Shown: one piece after another, positions 21,394 through 29,500 of the stretch
Numbering within the stretch: position 1 is the first letter of the stretch
Layout of the letters: each line of letters opens with the position of its first letter
From: Burkholderiales bacterium
GTDB taxonomy: Bacteria > Pseudomonadota > Gammaproteobacteria > Burkholderiales > CAIKXV01
Reading direction: 5' to 3'
Assembly (NCBI GenBank): GCA_038205245.1
Contig: JBBRCD010000002.1
Span: forward strand, 113 to 64,112
DNA: 64,000 nt
Position numbers and translations under genes: made by a program
The notes under the pieces: generated by a model
What the model saw: the letters and a program-made list of their open reading frames with translations, nothing else
The model's database searches: none
Told to the model about the DNA's origin: nothing

Positions 21394-23583
21394 ATGAGTG
21401 CCGTTCCGCGCAAGTCCCTTGGCAGATTCGAGATCGTCCGCACGCTGGGCCGGGGCGCGATGGGCATCGTCTACGAAGGTCGTGATCCCCGTCTGAACCG
21501 TCGGGTGGCGATCAAGACGATCCTGCGCAGTGCCATTCTGGACGACGAGGAGGCCAAGCAGTATGCGGCCAGATTCGTGCGCGAAGCGCAGGCGGTCGCG
21601 AGACTGACCCACCCGAACATCGTCGGCGTCTATGACTTCGGCGACCAGGACGACACCACCTTCATCGTGATGGAGTTCATCGACGGAAAGGAACTGAAGT
21701 CGCATCTGGACACCGGGAAGCCGTTCGACTTCCCGACCACAGTGCGGGTGATGAACGAGCTGCTCGGTGGCCTGGGTTATGCCCACAAGCAGGGTGTGGT
21801 CCATCGCGACATCAAGCCGGCCAACATCATGCTCGACAGCGCCGGCCGGGTGAAGCTCACCGACTTCGGCGTCGCCCGCATCACCGAGTCGGCCGAGCGT
21901 ACCCAGGCGGGCACGATGGTCGGCACGCCGAGCTACATGTCGCCGGAGCAGATCCAGGGCCTGCCGGTGGACAACCGCACCGATCTGTTTGCCTGCGGCG
22001 TCATCCTGTACCAGATGCTCACTGGAGAGAAGCCGTTCACTGGCGCCGGGACGTGGACGATCTACAACCAGATCCTGCAGCATGAGCCGCCGCCGGTCAG
22101 CACGATCAATGCCGGCCTGCCGCCGGCGGTAGACCGGGTGGTCAATCGCGCGCTGGCGAAGGACAAGAACGATCGTTATCGCAGTGCGAGCGAATTCTCA
22201 TCGGCGCTGACGGCGCTGCTGATGGGCACGCCGGAAGGTGTGAGTACAGGTGAAGCCGACGAGGAGGCCACGCAGTTCATCCTCGCCTCCGATGCGCAGC
22301 GCATGGCCGACTCGGCGGCACAACGCCTTGCCGACACGTCCGGCGCGCGCACCGCACCAGGTGCCCAGAGTTCGATTCCGCCGGGTGGCGCCAGCGCACA
22401 GGATGTCGAGCTGGAGTTCTGGCGTGCGATCAAGGACAGCAACGATCCGGCCGACTATGAGCTTCATCTGCAGAAGTTTCCGACCGGCGTGTATGGCGAA
22501 CTGGCACGCCGGAAGGCCGATCGTCTGCGCGCGTCGGGCACTCAGGCCGAGCCGACCTACGCCGCGACTTCGCGCGCGCCCGCTGCAGGAACCGAGCCGA
22601 CAATCAACGCCGGACGCGGCGCTGCGGCGCCAGACCTCGCAAGATCGGCGCAGCCCACTGCGCCGCCACCGGCCCGGGTTGAACAGAGCACACCGCAGCC
22701 CACCCGATCGGCGCCCGAACCGGGCAGCAATGACGGTGCAGCGGCGGGCCTCCCGTTACCGCTGGTCGCCGGTGGCATCGGCGGCCTGATCGCGCTGGCG
22801 GTGGGTGGCTGGATGATCTTCGGCGCCGGGTCGGCAACGGCGCCGGTGCCACCGCCGCAGCCTGCGCCGGTGGCGGCCCCGAAGAGCGCGCCGGTGCCGG
22901 CAAAGGCAACCCCGGTCCCGCCGCCGCCAGCGGTCGAGCAACCCGTGCGTCCGAAAGAGAACGAGGACGCGTTGCGCAAGATGGACTCGGCGATGGACCG
23001 GGCCAATGCCGATGTCGCCGCCGACAAGGCCGCGCTCGCCAAGGCTGCGGCAGAACGTGCAGCTGCGGAGAAAGCCGCTGCACGGGCGATCATGGATCGC
23101 GCTGCTGTCGACAAGGCTGCGGGCAAGGCTGCGGCCGATCGGGCTGCGGCCGACAAGGCGGCGGCGGACAAGAGCGCGGTCAAGGCAGCCAGCGATCGGG
23201 CTGCGGCAGAGAAGGCCGCCGCCGAGCGCAATGCTGCTGAACGGACAGCCGCCGAGCGTGCCGCGACTGATCGGGCCGCTGCCGAGCGCGCGGCCGCGGA
23301 GAAGGCAGCTGCTGAGCAACGTGCCGCAGCCGAGAGGGCGGCGGTCGAGAAACTGGCGGCAGAAAAAGCGGCCGTTGCGAAGGCTGCCGCGGAAAAGGCA
23401 GCTGCCGAGAAGGTCGCCGCCGACCGCGCAGCCGCTGCCGAGAAAGCTGCCGCTGCCGAGAAAGCTGCAGCAGCGGAGAAAGCCGCCGCCGCCGAGCGCG
23501 CGGCTGCGGCGCAGCGCCAGGACGCGGCAGCGTCGGCCAAGGCGAACGACGCCGCCAAACGAGCCGGTGGCCGTCAGAACTGA
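21394..23583 (+). CDS. Transmembrane Hanks-type Ser/Thr protein kinase with Pro-rich and Ala-rich (TolA-like) extracytoplasmic tail
   Basis: GRGAMGIVY...VAIK...HRDIKPANIML...DFGVA...GTPSYMSPEQ. One predicted TM helix (LPLPLVAGGIGGLIALAVGGWMIFGA, about residues 452-477). The C-terminal roughly 210 aa are AAEKAAAERAA-type low complexity. Confidence 0.9.
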   Translation: MSAVPRKSLGRFEIVRTLGRGAMGIVYEGRDPRLNRRVAIKTILRSAILDDEEAKQYAARFVREAQAVARLTHPNIVGVYDFGDQDDTTFIVMEFIDGKELKSHLDTGKPFDFPTTVRVMNELLGGLGYAHKQGVVHRDIKPANIMLDSAGRVKLTDFGVARITESAERTQAGTMVGTPSYMSPEQIQGLPVDNRTDLFACGVILYQMLTGEKPFTGAGTWTIYNQILQHEPPPVSTINAGLPPAVDRVVNRALAKDKNDRYRSASEFSSALTALLMGTPEGVSTGEADEEATQFILASDAQRMADSAAQRLADTSGARTAPGAQSSIPPGGASAQDVELEFWRAIKDSNDPADYELHLQKFPTGVYGELARRKADRLRASGTQAEPTYAATSRAPAAGTEPTINAGRGAAAPDLARSAQPTAPPPARVEQSTPQPTRSAPEPGSNDGAAAGLPLPLVAGGIGGLIALAVGGWMIFGAGSATAPVPPPQPAPVAAPKSAPVPAKATPVPPPPAVEQPVRPKENEDALRKMDSAMDRANADVAADKAALAKAAAERAAAEKAAARAIMDRAAVDKAAGKAAADRAAADKAAADKSAVKAASDRAAAEKAAAERNAAERTAAERAATDRAAAERAAAEKAAAEQRAAAERAAVEKLAAEKAAVAKAAAEKAAAEKVAADRAAAAEKAAAAEKAAAAEKAAAAERAAAAQRQDAAASAKANDAAKRAGGRQN

Positions 23584-26500
23584 TCAGGGCTTCGGTTTAC
23601 GCTTGAACTCGTCCGGCAGCAGCACGCCGAGATCGAAGATCGAGAACTCTCGCCCCAGCGGGCCGAGATCCTGCGAATCGCGTAGCAGTTGCCGGCGCAA
23701 CACGCCGGTACCCGAGGTCAGGTCGATCTGCTCGCGCTGGCTGTTGCCCAGAGCCACATAGACGATGGACGCGCCCAGTTGGGCCTGCGACTCGGCGAGC
23801 GAAACGCCAAGCGAGACGGTGTTGCCGACACAGTACTCGTTGAGGCAGTTCACCCGCGTCGTCGTCGACGGCTGGAAGAAGGCGGTGCCGGTGGGAGACA
23901 CGACGGCGCCAAAGCCCAGGGTCACCGTGCTCGCGGAGCCACCGATCGCCAGGCGCTGAGTGGAAGTTCCTATGCTGCCGCTAGCGAGGACGCTTTCGAT
24001 CGCCGGGCTGCGATTGGGCAATGCCGACAGGTCGACCGCGGAGCGCGCTGGCGAGATCAGAAGCAGGCGCAGATCCGGGACGGTCCAGACCGTGCCCGGC
24101 GCCTGCGAGATACCGACCCCACCTCCGGCGAAGGTCGCAGTGACCAACCCGAGCGGCGCGTTGAGCGTACCCATCGCGATGCCGCCAACGCTGTCATGGA
24201 TGTCGAACCGGGTGCCAATGAACGAGGCTGCGCCGGACGATCCGGGATTGGCGAAGTCGTTGCCGTCGTTACGCAGGGTGATGGTCGATGCCGAGCTGAT
24301 CGTGGTGTTGCCGCTGACCCGCACCGCGCTGCCCGCAGTCTGCGACACCGCCCCCGCCGACTGCAGGTTGAGCGAGGTCGCCTGCAGATTGCTTAGAGTA
24401 GTCGCCACACTGTTGGCAATGGTCACCGACCCGGCGCTGGGCAGACTGATCACCCCGGGCAGCACATTGCCCGGGTTGGTCAGGGCCACATCGCCGGTCG
24501 TGTTCAAGGTCACGCTGCCCGGTCCGGTCAACGCAGCGCTCACACTGACGATGTCGCTGCGGTCCAGAACCAGCGCCGAGTTGTTGATCACCGTACCCGT
24601 GCCCAGCGTGCCACTGGTGCCACCGCCACCCACACGCAAGGTCCCGGCGTTGATGCGGGTCGTTCCACTGTAGCTATTGTTGCCGGTGAGGAGTGTCGTG
24701 CCTGACCCGGACTGCACCAGCGCGCCGCTGCCGCTGATCGCATTGCCCACGGTGACGGTGTCACCCCGGTTGATCGCCAGAGTCGCGTTGTTGACTACTG
24801 CACCCGCGCCGAGTGTACCGGCGGCCCCGCCATCGCCGACCTGCAGCGTGCCCGCGCTGATCGTCGTCGTACCGGCATGGGTGTTGGTGCCGGTCAGCGT
24901 CGTCGTCCCGCTGCCGGCCTGCACCAGAGTGCCGGTCCCGCTTATCGAATTGGCCAGCGTTACCGCATCGCCGCGGTTGATCGTCAGCGACCCGTTATTG
25001 GTCACCGCACCGGAACCCAGGCTGCCGCTCGCGCCACCGTCCCCGGCCTGCAACCCGCCAGCCGCGATCACGGTGCCGCCTGTATAGCTGTTGTTGCCGG
25101 TCAGCGTGGTCGTGCCGGTACCCGACTGGGTCAGGCTGCCGCCGCCACTGATCGCGCCGGTCAAGGTCACCGCATCGCTTCGGTTCACCACCAGCGCTGC
25201 ATTGTTCAGCACCGTGCCGCTGCCCAGGCTTCCGGCAGTACCGCCGTTGCCGACCTGCAGCGTGCCCGAAGTGATCGTGGTTGGACCGGTATAAGCGTTG
25301 TTCCCGGTTAGCGTGGTCGTGCCGGCACCCGCCTGAATCAGCCCGCCACTGCCGCTGATCGGGTTGTTCAGCGTCAGCGCATCATTGCGATTGATCGCGA
25401 GGGTGCCACTGTTGGCGACCGTGCCGGTGCCGAGGGTTCCTGCAGCGCCACCATTACCGACCTGCAGCGTACCGGCACTGATCACCGTCGGCCCGCGGTA
25501 GGAATTGTTGCCGGTGAGTGCAGTCGTACCGGTGCCGGCCTGCGCCAACCCGCCGTCACCGCTGATCGCGTTGGCAACGACCACGGCGTCGCTGCGGTCG
25601 AAGGCGATCGTGGCACCACTGGCGACGCTCACGCCAGCAGCGCCGAGCGTGCCACTGGTGCCCCCGTCTCCGACGCGCAGCGTTCCGGCAGTCACCGTCG
25701 TCGCGCCTGCGTAATTGTTGGCACCGGTGAGTGTGGTGACACCACTGCCGGCCTGGGTGATACCCCCGGAACCGCCGAGCGCCGCCGACAGGGTGACCGC
25801 ATCGCTGCGGTTGATCGCGAGTGTCCCGTTGTTGGTCAGTGCACCCGTGCCAAGCGTTCCGCTGGTGCCGCCAGTGCCCACCTGCAGCGTGCCGGCGGCA
25901 ATGGTCGTGGTGCCGGAGTAGTTGTTGTTGCCCGCCAGCGATGTGGTCCCGGCCCCGGACTGGGTCAGCGAACCGGTGCCGGAGATGTCGCCAGCGAGGG
26001 TAACCGCATTGCTGCGATCGACGATCAGACTGCCGTTGTTGGTGATCGCGCCGCCACCGAGCGCTCCAGTCGTGCCGCCCGACCCGACCCGCAGCGTCCC
26101 TGCGCTGATCGTCGTCCCGCCTCCGTAGTCGTTGTTGGCAGTCAGGGTGGTGGTTCCACTGCCCGCCTGGGTCAGGCTGCCGCTGCCGGTTATGGTGTTG
26201 GTCAGGGTGACGGCATCGCTGCGATCGATCACCAGTTCGCCATTGTCGAGGACGGCCCCGGCACCAAGACTGCCGGTGGTACCGCCGCTGCCCACGCGCA
26301 AGACGCCGGCGCTGATCGTCGTGGTCCCGTAACTGTTGTTGACGGTGAGCGTCGTCGTCCCGCTGCCGGCCTGGGTCAGGGAACCGGTGCCGCTGATCGT
26401 GTTGGTGATGCTCAACGCATTGCTGCGGTTGACCACCAGCGCCGCGTTGTTCGTTACCGAGCCACTGCCGAGCGAACCGGTGGTGCCGCCAGCGCCGAGT

Positions 26501-29500
26501 TGAAGCGTGCCAGCGCTGATGGTGGTCGGGCCGGTGTAGTTGTTGCTGCCGGTCAGGATGGTCGTACCGCTGCCCGACTGGGTCAGGCTGCCAGTGCCAC
26601 CTATATCACCCGCCACGGTCACCGCGTCGCTGCGATTGACCACCAGCGCCGAATTGTTGGTCACCGCGCCGCCGCCGAGGCTGCCGCTGGTGCCACCGGC
26701 GCCGATCTGCAAGGTGCCCGCCGCGATGGTCGTGGTGCCGCTGAAGGTGCTGTTGCCAGTCAGCGTGGTCGTACCGGAGCCCACCTGATTCAGAACGCCG
26801 GTGCCGCTGATCGGGTTGTTCACGGTCAGCGCGTTGCTGCGATTGATCGCCAGCGTCGCATTGTTGATCACGCCCCCCCCGTTGCCCAAGGTGCCGATGG
26901 TGACGCCGTTGCCGACCTGCAGGGTGCCCGCGCTGATCGTGGTGGTGCCGGTGTAGCTGTTCGCCCCGGTCAGCGTGGTGATGCCGATACCGGCCTGGGT
27001 CAGACCGCCACTGCCGCCGATGCCCTGGGCAATGGTGACTGCATTGCTGCGATCGACGATCAGCGTACCGCTTACCGCAATCGCACCACTGCCCAGGCTG
27101 CCAGTGGCGCCGCCGGCACCGAGCGAAAGCGCGCTGCCTGTGGCCACTGTCGTCGACCCGGCATAGGTACTGTTGCCAGTCAGTGCCAGCGTGCCGGTGC
27201 CAGTGCGGTTGAACGTGGACGTTGTCGCGCCGACGATCTGGCCTGCGAAGGTGCCGCCGCTGCCGCCGACGTTCAGCGTCCCGGCGTTCAGCTGCACGGT
27301 CCCTGCGCCGCCCAGCCCCCCGATCGTCTGTGTGCCCGACCCGATGTCCAGCGTCGCACCGCTGGCGATCGAAGCCGCGCCAGTGCCATCGCCGAACCGG
27401 CCGGCGCCGGCGACCGTCAAGGTTCCACTGTTGACCGTGGTCGACCCCGAGTAGGTGTTCGCCGCAGTCAGCGTGAGGGCCGAGCCGCCCGACTGCGCGA
27501 TGCCGCCGCTGCCGGAGATCAGGTTGGCCACCGTGATCGCGTTGCTTCGATTGAAGGCAAGCGTACCGTTGGACACGACCGCGCCGGAACCGAGCGTGCC
27601 CGTGATACCGCCGTTTCCGACCTGCAGGGTCCCGGCATCGATGCTCGTCGTACCGCCATAGAAGTTTCCTCCAGTCAGTACGGTTGTTCCGCTGCCTGCC
27701 TGGGTCAGCGCCCCGCTGCCGAAGATCGCGTTGCCGATGGTCAGCGTGTTGCTCCGGTTGATCGCCAGCGTGGCGTTGTTGAAGACGGTACCACTGCCGA
27801 GTGTGCCGGTCGTGCCGCCATCGCCGAGTTGCAGTGTCCCAGCGCTGATCGTCGTCGTGCCAAGGTAGCCGTTGCTGCCGGTCAGTGTCGTCGTGCCGGT
27901 CCCGGCTTGGGTCAGCGAACCGAGCCCGTTGATCGCACCGCTGACAGTCACCGCATCGCTGCGATCGATCACCAGCGACGTGTTGTTGGTCACCGGCCCG
28001 GTACCCACGGAGCCGCTGGCACCACCACTGCCCACCCGCAGCGACCCGGCAAGGATCACCGTCGCGCCGGCATAGTCGTTGTTGCCGGTCAGCGTCGTCG
28101 TGCCGCTTCCCGTCTGGCGCACGCTGCCGCCGCCGGTGATCGTATTGCCGAGGGTCAACGCGTCGCTGCGGTTGACCACCAGCGCCGCATTGTTGGTCAC
28201 TGTGCCGGTGCCCAGGGTGCCGATCGTGCCCCCGTTGCCGACCTGCAGCGCACCCGCGTTGATCACGGTATCGCCATAGCTGTTGTTGCCGATAAGCGTG
28301 GTCGTGCCGGCACCGGCCTGGGTCAGACTCCCGCTGCCGCTCACCGCGTTGAACAACGTAACCGAGTCGCTGCGATTGATCGCGAGCGTGCCGTTGTTGG
28401 TCACCGGCCCGATGCCAAGGGTGCCGATCGTGCCACCGTTGCCGACCTGCAGCGTGCCGTCGTTTATCGTCGTGGGGCCGATGTAACTGTTTGTGGCCGT
28501 CAGCGTCGTAGTGCCGCTGCCCGCCTGGGTCAGCGCACCGGCTCCAGTGATGGGCTGGGCAATCGTGATCGCGTTGCTGCGATTCACGATCAGCGTGCCG
28601 GTGACCGAGATCGACCCGATGCCCCCCAGGCTGCCGGTGGTGCCGCCTGCACCGAGCGAAAGCGCGCTGCCGGCCGCCACCGTGGTCGATCCGAAGAACG
28701 CGCTGTTTGCAGTCAGCGCAAGGGTGCCACTGCCCGTTCGATTGAAGGTCGACAACGGAGAGCCGACGAGCTGCCCATCGAACGTCCCGCCAGTGCCGCC
28801 GACATTCAGCGTACCGTTGTTCAACTGTACCGCCCCGCCTCCGCTCAGGCCGCCGAACGTGTGAAAGCCTGAACCAATATCCAGCGTGGCGCCAGTGACG
28901 ACCGTGGCAGCGCCGGTGCCGATGCCGAACCGGCCTGCGCCGGATACGGTCAGCGTCCCGCTGTTGACTGTGGTGGGTCCGAAATAGATGTTCGCGGCAG
29001 TGAGCGTCACGGTCGAACTGCCGGACTGGGCGATACCGCCAGTGCCGGAGATCGCGTTGGCCACCGTGATTGCATTGCTGCGGTTGAACGCGAGTGTCCC
29101 CGGTGCGTCCACCGTCACCGACCCGCCGCCGAGCAAACCGCTGGTGCCGCCATTGCCGACCTGCAGCGTACCGGCGTCTATCGTCGTCGCCCCCAGGTGA
29201 AGATTGGCTCCGGTCAGCACAGTCGTGCCAGTACCGATCTGGTCGAGACCGCCGATGCCGATGATACGATTGCCGATGATCAGCGTATCGCTGCGGTTGA
29301 CGACCAGCGTTCCACTGTTCAAAACGTCGCCCGCCACCGCGCCCAGAGAACCGGCCGTTCCACCGCTGCCGATCTGCAGCGTTCTCCCCGGGTCGATCGT
29401 GGTGTCGCCGGAATAGCTGTTGCTACCGGTGAGCGTGGCCGTACCTGCGCCTGACTGCCTCAATGCGCCGGTACCACCGATAGCGTTGGCCACGGTCACT

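Noticed and set aside
22557-23558. 333-aa minus-strand Ala/Ser/Phe-rich ORF, and other ORFs opposite the kinase 3' end
   Set aside because: It is the antisense reading of the GCN-rich (Ala-rich) kinase tail, and pure low complexity.
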